Below, one piece after another: positions 1-13,960 of a DNA stretch of 64,000 nt (position 1 is the stretch's first letter; every line of letters begins with the position of its first letter). The stretch comes from Amoebidium appalachense (lineage: Eukaryota; Protista; Ichthyosporea). The stretch lies in contig CAVNZM010000009.1 in NCBI GenBank assembly GCA_963693365.1, positions 5,028,245 through 5,092,244 of the forward strand, written 5' to 3'. The translations under genes and the position numbers were made by a program. Below the pieces are notes generated by a model, which ran no database searches, was not told the origin of the DNA, and saw only the letters and a program-made list of their open reading frames with translations.

Positions 1-95
1 ACGACCCCCAGTTCCAAGAAGAGTATGACCTATATATGGTAAACCCCCTCCCCCACCCCCACCACCCGTGCGCGCACAGACACACACACACACAC

Positions 96-138
<43 letters not shown>

Positions 139-266
139 AGACACAGACACACACACAATCACACTCACACTCACTCATACCCACGGCTCACACACTCACA
201 CTCACATTTAGATTCAAACACTCAGGCGTACGCACACGCGCACGAACTCATGCACACGCATGCACA

Positions 267-332
<66 letters not shown>

Positions 333-536
333 ACAGGCCTACGCACGTGCACACACATGCACGCACACACACACACCAACTTGTGCACGGACACTCAGAG
401 GCATAGCACACACACACACACATGCACACATGAGAACACACACCACACATACACGTAAACACACATACACAGTAGGGAGACAGAGAGAGAGCGGGCGTGA
501 GTGAAGAGAGAGAGAGAGAGTGAGCGAGCGAGAGAG

Positions 537-577
<41 letters not shown>

Positions 578-636
578 GGGCGGGGGAGGGGGGATGAGGG
601 AGAGAGAAAGAGGGGGGGGAGAGAGATGACTACACA

Positions 637-672
<36 letters not shown>

Positions 673-1623
673 AGAAAGAGGGGGGGGGGGGGGGGGGGGG
701 AGGAGAAGAAACAATTCGGATGCACACACATGCACATCCAACCCACACAGCATACATGCACCGCGAAAAGGGATATAATCCCCATGCTATTCCAGATACG
801 CAAAAGGTGATACTGACATGACACACACACGCACAGGCAGCCATGGTTACGTTCCAGAACAGAGAATACAACCGTACCCAGTGGATGCTCAAAGGTACCA
901 CGAGCAACATCTGCAGATTTGTCAGAGCATACAGCTCTTATTTGGTATAAGAGACCCCCCCCCCCCCCCTCCCCCCCCCCCCCCCCCCCCCCCCCTTCCC
1001 CCCACCCACCCACCCTTCCCCCTCCCTTTCTCTCCCCCACCTCCCAGTTCCCCCCTCGCCGATTTGTTTTGAAAGGAGCATGGGGGGCTCCTGACCGTGT
1101 TCGGAGCATAATTCTCCTGCAGCGGTTCTTGAGTGAATAAGTAACATAAAGACATCAGTCTCGAAACCAGGGTTATTTATATCCGGCAGTATCTTTTTTT
1201 TTGTTGGTGGTGGCAGTGGTGGTGGTGGTGGTGTAGGGGGGGGGGGGTATATTAAGCTTCAATGACGGAGGGCAGAGAGGGAGGGGAAGTTTGTGGAAAA
1301 GGGTCCTTTTTGTCTTGAAGAAACTTAGCAGAGGCGATAGGTGTCCAAGGAATTTATGATAGCGGAGAAGGAGCATTTTTTATATATATTAAGAATAGAA
1401 AAGGAGTCAGAGAGATGACCGAGAGAGAGGGGGGGGGGGGGGGGGGGGGGGGGATGGTGAAAGATTGAGGAATGGAGAAAATCCGGGGGCGGGGAAGGGA
1501 CGGGGGGGGGGGGGGGGGGGTGAGAAGATAGCAGGGACTTATCAGTTTGGGTGTTCCCATCAGGAAGGTGCAAGGGTGCTAGAAGAAGAAACACCGGATT
1601 TGTTGGGTCGGTACCCCTCCCCC

Positions 1624-1654
<31 letters not shown>

Positions 1655-2011
1655 AACCACCCTCAGGTGTCCACATATATTGGGCCTGCAAGCCTCTACA
1701 GGTGTATGTGTACGCACACACAACAGCCAACACGCACATACACACACACACACACACACACCACATACTGCTTGCGCACACACACACCATGCATGCACAC
1801 CGCCAGGCACACAGACACACACACGGCAGATGCACCCACCCACACACACGTAGACGAGCTCAAGCACCCACACCCGCACAAGTGTGCACATATCGCGCCT
1901 TCTCAACCCCCTCCCCCCACTCCCCCCTCTCCTCTCCTCCCGTCCCCCCATCATCCCTCTTTGCAAAAATTGTTGATCCAACCATCTTACCCGTCATTTG
2001 TGTCCTGGCCG

Positions 2012-2042
<31 letters not shown>

Positions 2043-2502
2043 TTTATATCCCAACAAACACGTCTACAATGCTTTCACTGAAAACGGCCTCCAATCAGAA
2101 CAGGGCTGAATTTGCGATACGATTGGATGGCGGTCTGAATTTTACGCCTGGCCGGCGCCCGGGAATCTTGAGCGAAGCAAAACTTATTTCATAGTTCAAG
2201 CCGCGGCCTATCGCAAAAGCCTCTCTTTAATCTGATTGGTGGCCGTTTTCAGTGCAAGCAATGTACATACTACACACACTCACACAGGTAAACACACTCA
2301 CATCACATAAGAATTATATACAGTAGAAAAACTATTGATTTTTTGTACATAATGCTTGATCAATGCAGTATGCTTCCGACTATGCGCAACCGGTCAAATT
2401 ACACGGACACTCACACACTCATTCACTCAATCACTTACTCACCCTCTCACCCACTCACTCCACACACACGCACACACACACACACACACACGAACGCACG
2501 CG

Positions 2503-2552
<50 letters not shown>

Positions 2553-3471
2553 TTTACTTATGACTAAATATATATGCATATATGTAAACCTAGTGAAGTC
2601 GGGTTGTTGTGTTCTAACTTTCCACCACTACAGGTGGTACAGGTGCCGAACAGAGTGCCAATAAATCTCTCCAACCACTAAGATTAGAGATGCAAAATTG
2701 GGATACCCAACGCCCAATGGATGGCTTCGAACTTTGGCTGTATGCCCCCCCCCCTGATGATGGGCTCTGTTCCAGTATCTTCTGCCTGCACGCTTAAATT
2801 GTTTGATTTTGGATTTTCCCATTTTGTGACGTTTTGTTGATGCTCGTTGTTGTCTCCTCCGTATTTCCAACCCTCTAACGCATACATCACCCCCCCCCCC
2901 CCCCCCCCCCCCCCCCGCCGCCACGCAGCCGCCTTTTCCTCCCATGTTTCGTGCACCCCTCCTCCCCCCTTCCCCCCCCCCCCACCTTTCCCCACGCCCC
3001 CGGCACACACATGCCTTATTTTGGTTTTCAGCATGGCACCCATTGTTAGGAAGGAGCAAATGTGTATTAGGTCGTAGCAGGTGGTGCACACTCTTGTTTT
3101 GGTGGTATTAGGTAAAACTACTCGGTCTGTGCCGATATTCCTCGCATCAGCAAATACCATTGAACATCACGTTGGTGTCTATCCAATGTGCCAATGGTAA
3201 TTTCCCGGTGTTTACCCTAACGCTGACTGGTATATATCCCTCGAATGAATAAACCTGACCTGACCTGACCGGTATAGACCCCTCAAACCATGACCATCCC
3301 AACCCTAACCGGGATATAACCCCGATGCAGCTACGGTGTTATTCAGAAGGAGCTAGGCAACAGGGAGGCAGCCAAAGCCCTTTTTGTCAAGGCCGTCGGT
3401 GTCTACCCGGCACACTTTGCACCGTGGGAGGAGCTAGTGTCTATGGTGGAGACAGTGGAGGAGGTGGGTGG

Positions 3472-3510
<39 letters not shown>

Positions 3511-3761
3511 GGGGGGGAGGGGGGGGGGGGAGGGGGGGGGAGGGGGAGGGGGAAGGGGGGGGGGGGGGGGGGGACGGTGGTGGTGGTGGGAGGGGGAAGG
3601 GGGGGGTGTGGGGGTGGGTGGGTTTGGGTGGGGAGGGGGGAGGGCTGGGGAGGGGGGGGGGTTGTGGGTGGGTGTAGGGAAAATGGGGATGGTGGTGGTG
3701 GTGGTGGGGATGGTGGGGAGAGAGGAAGAGGTGGGTGGGTGGGTGGGTGGATGGGTTGGTT

Positions 3762-3796
<35 letters not shown>

Positions 3797-3805
3797 TGTG
3801 GGGGT

Positions 3806-3853
<48 letters not shown>

Positions 3854-4009
3854 TGTGTGTATACGTGTGCGCGCACACACGCTGGTACTGCTGGCGAGTG
3901 GGTAAGTGAGGGGAAGGGGAGGGAGGGAAGGGGGAGAGGGGAGGGGGGGAGAGTGAGGGGGCGGTCTCAGTGCTGGTGGTGTTGTTTGTGTGTGTATGTG
4001 TGTGTGTGT

Positions 4010-4061
<52 letters not shown>

Positions 4062-4358
4062 GGAGTGGGGGGTGGAGGGGGTGATTGGTAACTAAGGGCA
4101 AATAGGGTGAGACTGGTTGTTGTTGTGTTGGGTGCTGGTGGTGGCGGCGATTGGGCCGGTTGTGTGTGTGTGTGTTTGTTTAAAAGGGGTCGGGGGGGAT
4201 AGTTGATGAGTTTGTTTGGTAGGGATGTGTCTGTGTGTTTGTGTGTGTGTCTGTGTGTGTGTGTGGGGGGGGGGGTAGGGAAGGGGAGGAGGGGGCTTAT
4301 TAGCGTCCTTGAGATAAGGCTGGATAGGTTGGTGAGTTTGAGCATTATCGAGTGGCTG

Positions 4359-4419
<61 letters not shown>

Positions 4420-4863
4420 TGTGTGTGTGTGTGTGAATGTGCGTGGTTCTTTCTGCGTTATTTGGGCACTTGTACAGCCACCATTCCATTTTCCATTAGT
4501 GTTCTATGTCGGGTTTGTTCTATAATGTTTTTTGTCAGGATTTTGGGGTTTTGTGTGTTTTTACCCTTCCCTTGCAATAGTGGAAAGGATCACGAAATGG
4601 CTTACCCTCAACCGATTACAGGCAGAATCCCTGGGTCTTCCAGAACACTTCATGAAAGACTTTTTTCTCGCACATCTCAAACTAGGTACCTGACACCCTC
4701 CCCCTCCCCCCTCCCCGCCCTCTCCCTTTCCCCTCGTATCCCCCATCTCTCCACCCCACATACAAACCTTTCCCCGTGCCACCCATCCATCCACACCCCC
4801 GGTCCTGTCCCTTCCCAATGCACTTTCTATGGTTGTAGCTGTGTAGATACATGTTAAATCCTT

Positions 4864-4906
<43 letters not shown>

Positions 4907-5519
4907 GTGGTGGGGGGAGAAGGGGGGGGGGAAGGGGGGGGGGGGGGGGGGGAAGGATTGCAATTAAGGAACAGAACCACAAAGAATAGGAATGTTTTTT
5001 TGTTTTTTTTTCGTTTTTTTTTGCAACCGTTTATGAATGCCGCGTGTTGCTTTGTCAACGAAAACCACTGGATACACAAAAACGCCAGTCGAACCATGAC
5101 TTAAACCTCAACCCCATCCCTCACCTCTTTTCTCTGCTCTCCACCCCCCCCCCCCCCCCCCCCTCACACACACTTTCACAGCTCTCCCCGACACTTCAGT
5201 TGGATACAATGTGTGTACATTCCTTCCAGCCCTCCCCTCCCCCCCCCCCCCCCCCTTTCTCTGCGTTTTAAACATGCTTATCTGCAATAAGGCTTCCAGC
5301 CTCCCCCCCCCCCCTCTCCCCCCCCCTCCCCCTCTCTTCCTCTGTGTTTTAAACATATGCTTATCTGCAATAAGGTTTCCCGTGGTGAATTTGTGATTCG
5401 TACGTATACCACACATTGCACCCCCGCCTCTCCCTTCCCCTCCCCTCCCCCCTCCCCTCCTCCCCCCCTCCCCTCCCCCTCCCCCCCCCCCCCCCCCCCG
5501 CCCCGCGCGGCGGCGCGTG

Positions 5520-5550
<31 letters not shown>

Positions 5551-5654
5551 GCCCGCCACACCTATTTACATTCCGTTCACATGCACAGCGCTTGTGCAAC
5601 GTCAAACGTCAGCCCCCCCCCCCCCCTCCCCCCCTCCTCCCTCCCTCCCCCCCA

Positions 5655-5686
<32 letters not shown>

Positions 5687-5997
5687 CCACACCTACTCCT
5701 ACACTCAACCCCCTTACCCCCTCCCCCCACCCCTTCCCCCTCACTTCCCCCCCACCCCCCACCCCCCCCTCCCCCCCACCCCCCCCCCCCCCCCGCCCCG
5801 CCCCTCCCCCTCCTTCCCGTCTGTTTGGGGATGTGCTGCACTTCAATATTCTCCGTGTGCTTTGGAAACACTTCTTTTGGTCGTGAATGTCTACATTCTA
5901 CTCTGTAACACATTCTGACCCCCCCACCCCGTCCCACCCACCCTCCCCACACACACACATGCTCAATAACACACCCGTTGCACTTATCTATCTCGTA

Positions 5998-6050
<53 letters not shown>

Positions 6051-7012
6051 CACAGAGCTAGTGCACAGCGAGGATGCCATAGAGCACTATCTTAGCCTTC
6101 AGGAGGTTTTTCCCGACAGCTGCTACGTGCTCTCACAGATGGCTGTGGCACACTATAACTCGAGAGGTCCTTAACCCCCCTCCCCTCCCCCTCCCCCCCT
6201 CCCCCCACCCTACCCCAACCCTCCTTTACCGCTTTTCTCTTCCTTTCAACTCCTCCTTGCTCCCTTTTTTTTATAAATATTGTATGCCTATTAGCCCAAT
6301 ATGGGATCGTGAGTGTGTGTACCTTATTGTGTTCGGTTGGTTGGTGACATAAAAATGAGACCTAATGGCAAGTAAAACACAAAAAGGAAACACTTTTGTC
6401 TCGTCCCACTCGAAATCTTTTGTTTGTTTTTTTAAAAAAAACAAAAAAAAAACGTCCAACACGACCGCTCTTGCTTCCAAAATCGAAAGAGAACAAACTT
6501 TTGTCTAATATATCACGACAACCTTTACTCAACAAACATATATCCTTTTTCTAACACGACAGCTCTTACTCAAAAACCGCATTTTCTAATCTCCTCTGTC
6601 ACGATGATATCTGTTAAAAAAAACCACATTTCTTAGTCTCTTTATAACACAGTACCATGTTCCCATGCACAGACTTTGACCCAGCACAAAGTATATTCGA
6701 AGAGATCCGAAAGAGGGACCCCCTCAGGCTAGAGGGTATGGACATGTATTCGAACATTCTATACGTCAAGGGTTTGAAGGTGTGTACCCCCGCCGCCGCC
6801 GCCGCACGCCCGCACCCACCACTCCCCACAACCACCCCAAACACCACCACCACCACCACCACTACCCACCACCCACTCATCTATGCCACCACCCCCTCCC
6901 CGGGTGGGGTCTACGAATGGCGCACCGGTTTGTGCGCGAGAGTTCTTTTTTTTTTTCCCGCAGACGCTACACAGGCTCACAAAAGGAACACATGCGCGCA
7001 AGCAAGCACACA

Positions 7013-7043
<31 letters not shown>

Positions 7044-8179
7044 GCGCGCGCGCGCCGTGCATACGTGTCATCGTATGTTAATCAATATTGTCTTCTAATT
7101 AAGGGTGTTTTGTTTTTGCCCACAGGCCGAGCTCAGTGTGTTGGCGCATGCGGCCTATGAAATCGACAAGTACAGGCCTGAAACATGCTGCATAGTCGGT
7201 AGGCACACTAATATTTCTCACTCTCTTCACATCTCCTCCCCCCCCCCCCCCCCCCCCCTCTCTCTCTCTCTCTCTGTTTCTCTCTCTCTCTCTCTTCCCT
7301 CTCTCTATCTCTCTCTCTCCCTCCCTCCCTCTCTCTCTCTCCCCCCTTCTGCCCCCTTCCCTCCCCCCTCTTCCGCCCTCTCTCTCTTTCTCCCCCCCCC
7401 CCCTCTCCCCCTCTCTCTGTGTCTCTCTCTATCTTTCCCTTCTCCTTCTCCCCCCCCCCTCCCCCTACGCCCCCTTTTTTCTCCCCCTTTCTCCCTGCTT
7501 CCCTCCCTCCTCTTCCGCTTTCTCTCTCTCTCTTTCTTCCCCCCCCCCCCCCCCCTCCCCCTCCCCCCTCTGTCTCTCTCTCTATCCCTCCCTTCTCCTT
7601 CTCTCTTTCCCCTCCCCCTGCCCCCCCCCCTCCTCTTTTCCTCCTGGCCCTCTCTTGCGCGTTCTTGTCCTCCTCTCTCCCGTCGTATTCTCCCCCTAAC
7701 CTTTCTCACATATGACCCCTGGCCCCCGCTCCCCCTTCCCTCCCCCCCCCCCCCCCCCCTCTACCCCCCTCCATACACACACACGCACACACACACACAC
7801 ACACACACAGACCACCACCTCCCACAACTCCTTCGCCACAACCACAACCAGTATTTTACATTACTGTCCCCCCCCCCCCCCCCCCCCCCCCTCCCCCCGG
7901 CACCTACCCGTATATGTGTACTACGCACTCTGTAACGCTTAATAACACAGACTCCCCCTCCCCCTTCCTCAGGCAACTACTACAGCAATAGACAGGACCA
8001 CAAGAAGGCCGTGGTATATTTCCAGCGGGCACTGAGGCTGGACAGGAGATATCTGGTGGCTTGGACACTCATGGGCCACGAGGTGTGTGATTGTATCTGG
8101 ACTAGCCCCCGAAACCCAACACCTGCACACACACAAACACACACAACACGAGCCCATGTTTACATGTATAACCACGTGT

Positions 8180-8212
<33 letters not shown>

Positions 8213-8678
8213 CAATTTCGCGATTATGTCGCAACCATGTCGGATCATATAAGCCAAGCGCTTTATCCGACATAGGTGCGACATAACAGTAGTTGTTCAT
8301 GATGACAAAGTGCCGGCAAAATCATGTTCACATGAGCTTTGTGTGTGCCTGTGTGTGTTACTGTTGATTTTTCTAGAGACCATATCCCCAAGCATGCACC
8401 CTAGCATCTAGCATAGAATGAGCGTCTCTTTCCTTTTTCTGTTTCTAGCTTCTAGGCCTAGGTCCCTTTCTCCTCCGACCAATATTTTAGTGCCTTTAAT
8501 CTGTAGCTGCTGACGTTTTTTTTTGTTTTTTTTCCCTTTGGAAAAAAAAAGGGGGGGAGGGGGGGGGGGGGGGGGGGGGGGGGATGCATATCCTCTGGCT
8601 GCACGTCAATGATCTTACAGGCGCTGGTCCCTCAACCACTAGCCCTTCCCCCCCCCCTCCCCCCCCTTTCCATACACA

Positions 8679-8739
<61 letters not shown>

Positions 8740-9848
8740 CATTGAGATGAAGAACACCCCGGATGCCATCGAAGCCTACAGGAGAGCTATGGGTATGTTA
8801 TCCCCCCTGCGTACTTCGTACTGTGTTCCCCATTCAACCCCCCCCCCCCCTTCCCCCTCCTCCTCCTCCTCCTCCTCCTCCCTCCTCCCCTCTCTCCTCC
8901 TCTCCCCATTTCCGTCCCTGAGGATTTGTCTGTAAGTGAACGACTATGTCGACATTCTCGGTTTAAGAGTTAAGATTAAAGCCTTAAACTATATCGCTGA
9001 TGTTTATGAAAATCTTAAAGTTGAGACCTTTCACTCGTTTCACTTCCCCTTTTGCTTAACGTAAGAGCCATGTGTTAGATAAAATCCTCAAAGTGGAAGA
9101 CCCCCTACCATTTCATTTTTCCCGTTTTCCCATGCCCAGCATTTAGTTTATTTGTACTGCTTTGGAAGCTATAGGAGTCTGCCCGAAATACCGCCGAGCA
9201 ATGTCGGAAGAGCCCCTTCCGTGAGAGGGGAGGGGAGGAGAGGGGGGGGGGGGGGGGGGGGGGAATCAAACCAATAAACATTACAAGTGTGTGATTCTGT
9301 TTGTGTGGTTGTCTGTCGGTGTGTGTGTGTGGTCGTGTGTTTGGCTGGAGAGTGTGTCTGTATCAGTGGGTATGGTTGTGTGTGGGTGTGTGGTGTGTGT
9401 CTGTGTGTGTGTTCAGGTGTCCGTCTGTGTGTGTGTCCGTGCGCCGTGTCACTATGTGTGTGCTCATGTCTCCACCATGCAGACATCAACCCGCGTGAGT
9501 TCCGTGCGGTGTACGGTCTGGGCCAGGCCTATGAGATTCTGCACATGTACACCCACGCAGCTTACTACTATAACATCGCATGCACACTAAGGTAGCATAG
9601 CAACCCCCCCCCCCCCCCCCCCCCCTCCCTCCCCCCCCCCCCCCACCCACCCACCCACCCACCCACCACCACCACCACCTCCTCCTCCTCCCTCCTCCTC
9701 CTTTTTCTGTCTCGATACTCTTAGTGATGCACGCCCTTTGTGTTTGCTCCTTCTGCGAAAAAAAATAAAATACAAATTGTGTTATATAGTGTGGTCGTGT
9801 ACTTTGAACTCAATAACTTAACAAATTGTAAAGCCACCCTCCGCCTCC

Positions 9849-9883
<35 letters not shown>

Positions 9884-12106
9884 ACCCTCCCTAGCGTCCT
9901 CCCCGTCCTTCTTCCCTCCCCTCCTTCCAATACCCCGACTGATATGTCAAGAACTTTTTATTGGTGTTTTTTACTAATTGCCACCAATGAAACTCTGAGG
10001 GGTGGTAAAAGATAAAAACAGACATTCACTGGGAGTGCAGGCAGACTGATGGACGCATGTGGACCGCACTGGGCAACATCTACAAGCACCTGGGCAAGGT
10101 CACAGACGCTATCAACTGCTTCCAGGTATTGCCATACATACTTACGCACACAGAGAGGGGGGGAGAGGGGGGAGATAGAGAGAAAGGAGAGAGGGGTGAG
10201 AGTGTGTGTGTTGGGTGGGGGGAGGGGGGGGGAGGGGAGGGGCGTGGGTGTGTTTGTGTGTGAGCGAGAGAGAGAGAGACGGGGGGAGGGGGGGTGTTGG
10301 GGGGGGGGGGGGGGGGGGGGGGGGCAAAGAGGGGGGAAAGAGAGGCATTTTGTCCCATCCCCCCGCACTCTCTTGACGACACCTTAACATACTATTGCCC
10401 CTTTTTACCTATAAAATAGTTTCATTTTCATCCCCCGCGCCGACCCATCATAAAAACCCCTCCCTTTCATCTCTTCCCTTACCCCCTCCCCCTTCTCCCC
10501 CCCCCCCCCCCCCCCCCCCCCGCCCCACCACCACCACCACAACCACCACCCACCCACCCACCCCTTCCTCCCCTCGCCACAGGTTTTCCAACCCGTTTCT
10601 ACCCTTACACTAGCCTCCTTTTCACCGACACCCTTGCCGTTGATGATCTCCCATTATTCCCTCGTTTCACACACACACACACTCATTCACTCACTCACTC
10701 ACTCACTCACTCACTCACTCACTCACTCATTCACTCACTCACTCACTCACTCACTCACTCACTCACTCACTCACTCACTCACTCACTCACATTAAACCCC
10801 CCCCCCCCCCCCCCCCCCCCCCCCGTCCCCTTGCCCTCAACCTTGCCCCCAAACACACACACATGCACACACACACACATGCACACACTATCGAAACCCC
10901 CCCCCCCCCCCCCCCCCTACACACACACACAACACCACCACTACCACCACCACCACCACCACTGCAGACACACACACACAAGCGCACACACAGCATGCCT
11001 ATCCAACGGTACACAGGCACCAACTCATTTTTATAATTAATTCCTTGTATGGTTTTTTATTCTTATCATTTTTTCCCAAATGCAGCGTGCAGCACAAGAT
11101 GCCAGCCAGCGTGGGTCTGCGCTGTTTGAGCTAGCCCAGCTCTATGAGGAGAAGAAGGATAACGCCCAGGCAGCAGCAAACTACATGCGATACATCCACC
11201 ACTGCCAGGAGCAGGAGGTACGTGCTGTGCGTACGTGTGATGATTTATGCCCTGCGTGGGTGCAGGTGGCTGGGTGCGTGTGGGCGCATGGTGGGGGAGG
11301 GCGTGGGGGGAGGGGGAGGGGGGGGGGGCGGGGGTTGGGTGGGGGGGGGGGTTGGAGAAAGGAGTGGGGAGGGGCGGAGGGGAAGGGAGGAGGGGCGACG
11401 GGTGGGTAGGGGTATGGGTGAGGGTGTGGGTGGGTGGGTGTGGGTTCCCAGGTTGGGTGGGTGGGTGTCTCCCTCCCCGCCTCCTTTCCTGCCTCTTTCC
11501 TGCCTCTTTCCCTCCGTTCTTCCCCTCCTCTTCCCCTCTCTCCTGATCTCCCTCCTTTTCTACCTACCGTTGCTCATCCGTCATTTTCCTCCCCTCTTGT
11601 CTTCCTCTCTCCATTCTCATCCCCCCCCCCCCCCCCCCCCCCCCCTTCCGGTCTCTGGCTGGCTTTTTCCTTCCGAACCCCCAATTATTCCCTTCCCCAC
11701 CCGTCCCTCTGCCACCCACTCCCGTCCCCCTCTTTGACGGGTTCTCGGAATCCCCTCCCACTACCCATCCTCTCCTTCTTTTGTTACCTACCCCCTTCCC
11801 CCCCCCCACCCACCCACCCACCCTCTTCACCCCCCCTTGCCTAAACATTTATGGGAAAGGGGGTAAAATGTGTGTGTGTGCATGTGTGTGCATTCGTGTA
11901 CGTGTGTGTCCTTTGCTCACCCGTGGTTGTTCGTCAGATGGATGATGACCAGAACATGGTGCGTGCCTACCTGTACCTGGCCAGGCACCTCAAGGATGTG
12001 GGCCGCTATGCTGATGCAGAACACTTTGCTGCAAGGGTACGTGCTGTGCACACACACACACGTAGATGCCAGCGCCTGAAGTCCTCCCGCCCCTTCCTCG
12101 CCCCGC

Positions 12107-12137
<31 letters not shown>

Positions 12138-12220
12138 GTGTGCGCACGCACGCAGCGGAGGCACGGACACACTCACAGGCGCATGGGTTGTAGAATGCAT
12201 GCATTCCGTAAGATCCTTCG

Positions 12221-12253
<33 letters not shown>

Positions 12254-12727
12254 ACCCCCACCCACACACACACACACACACAGACACACCTACGCACACA
12301 CAAAACACACAATGATACACCCAAAAAAGAGAGACGAGGACAAAGTGTGCTTTTTTATTGGGAAGGGGCAGGGGGAGGGGGGGGAGGGGGGAAGAAAAGG
12401 AGGGAGAACGGGAAATGAAAATTTTGACTGTCTTTTATCTGTCGGCACTGGTTCAGGCGATATCAGGCTAACAACACAAACTGGGCCATACTCCTTTCAA
12501 GGCGCGCACTTGCACACACAAACACACACACACACACACACATCTCCCACGCCCTTGCATGGATCTTAGTCCTATTTCTCACCCATCCTCTTCCCCCCCC
12601 CCCCCCCCCCCCCCGGGCATCTATTCTCACTCACTCTTTCTCCTCCTTCCCGCCTTCTTTGCCCCCTCCCCCCCTCCTCCCTCCTCCCCTCCCCTCCCCC
12701 TTCCCCTCCCCCCTCCCCCACACACGC

Positions 12728-12774
<47 letters not shown>

Positions 12775-12970
12775 GGTATGCCAATACAGTGGCCGAGAGA
12801 AGGAAGAAGCCAAAGAACTTCTCCTGCAACTCCGTGTACCCCCGAGACAGGGTGGGGTTCCACGCACACCCCTGGGCCCGGCAGGGGGGCTAGGCCATGT
12901 GGCACAGACACCAAGTAGGGGTGGGGATAGCAGCAGTATGAGTCTAACCCTGGATGATGTGGATGATTAG
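1..12970 (+). CDS. CDC23: Anaphase-promoting complex subunit 8 / CDC23 (TPR protein), 5'-truncated by the window, 16 exons visible
   Basis: GT-AG exons stitched with consistent phases: <1-38, 837-944, 1564-1606, 2634-2739, 3331-3463, 4622-4685, 6056-6166, 6673-6779, 7126-7198, 7973-8082, 8738-8792, 9483-9591, 10041-10125, 11086-11217, 11938-12036, 12776-12970 (TAG). Peptides [68 protein letters not shown] and [12 protein letters not shown] are recognisable Cdc23/APC8 TPR motifs. Confidence 0.96.
2065..2265. mobile_element. Miniature inverted-repeat element (MITE), TA-flanked, in a CDC23 intron
   Basis: Left end TACAATGCTTTCACTGAAAACGGCCTCCAATCAGA versus reverse complement of the right end TACATTGCTTGCACTGAAAACGGCCACCAATCAGA (3 mismatches in 35). 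Inner inverted pair TTTGCGATA/TATCGCAAA. Outermost TA on both sides; about 200 bp and non-coding. Confidence 0.75.
8224..8286. other. Intronic 63-nt hairpin (22-bp stem, 20/22 paired)
   Basis: TTATGTCGCAACCATGTCGGAT (8224-8245) pairs with ATCCGACATAGGTGCGACATAA (8265-8286), with a 19-nt loop. Confidence 0.8.
10680..10790. repeat. (TCAC)n microsatellite
   Basis: Direct reading of tandem TCAC units in a CDC23 intron. Confidence 0.9.
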
Positions 12971-13202
12971 GGTTAAAATGAAAATTGAATTTGGAAATAT
13001 CTTAGTATTGGGATATACCCTCTACTCCCTCATCTCTTCCACACCTCCCCCCCCTCCCCCCCCCCCCCCCCCTCCCCCCGCCCCTCATGCGCATACCACA
13101 TACACACACCAGCATTGCCACCAAACACCCACTAGTAGTTTTTTCTTCTTTTGACCGGGTCCCTTACTTGCCCTCACTCTGTCTCCTCTCTTGTGACCTC
13201 CC

Positions 13203-13238
<36 letters not shown>

Positions 13239-13303
13239 CCCATGTGAAACCGCTACAAACCACCTGACAGGAATACCGTGTATATATAACAAAACACATG
13301 CAT

Positions 13304-13345
<42 letters not shown>

Positions 13346-13844
13346 TCACACACACACACAGCACAAGCATAGGTTAGGTCTTTATAACTTTTGCCATATG
13401 CAAGAACACAAAGAAGTCCACATGTTGAATGTGCAAGTGTGATACCTCTTTTTATTTGCACAGATCGGAGGGGAAAAGCATTATCTTCCAAGCACAAATG
13501 CCCTTTTTTCTTGTGTTATTTTTCGGTTCTGCACACACCACCTCTGTACACAGACACACACATGCAACATGGTGAGAGATTTATGACATGCAAGATTTAT
13601 GTTTTCTGTTGTCCCCTCCCGTTTCCGTATGATTAAATGCAAGTTATTAGCAAACATAGTGATGATCCTAGCTATAATGGTTATGGTTAGATAGTAATGA
13701 ATCATTTTGCTGGTATTTTGGCACCCACGTAACGAATAGAAATAGGTGGTGCTTAGTCTTTGTATGTACACCCTACGAAATAAAATGTTCTTGCCAGCCT
13801 GCGGTCGGCACACAAAGTACGTGAATGGCTATACATCCGTGCAG

Positions 13845-13877
<33 letters not shown>

Positions 13878-13906
13878 AGGAAAAAAAAAAAAAAAAATTC
13901 TCCCTC

Positions 13907-13960
<54 letters not shown>

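Noticed and set aside
2684-3160. Nested antisense gene in a CDC23 intron (158-aa ORF)
   Set aside because: The ORF runs through poly-G tracts, overlaps a CDC23 exon antisense and has no recognisable domain.
3213-3310. Interstitial telomeric repeat (CCCTAA)
   Set aside because: Only two isolated hexamers; better explained as branch-point-like CTAAC motifs.
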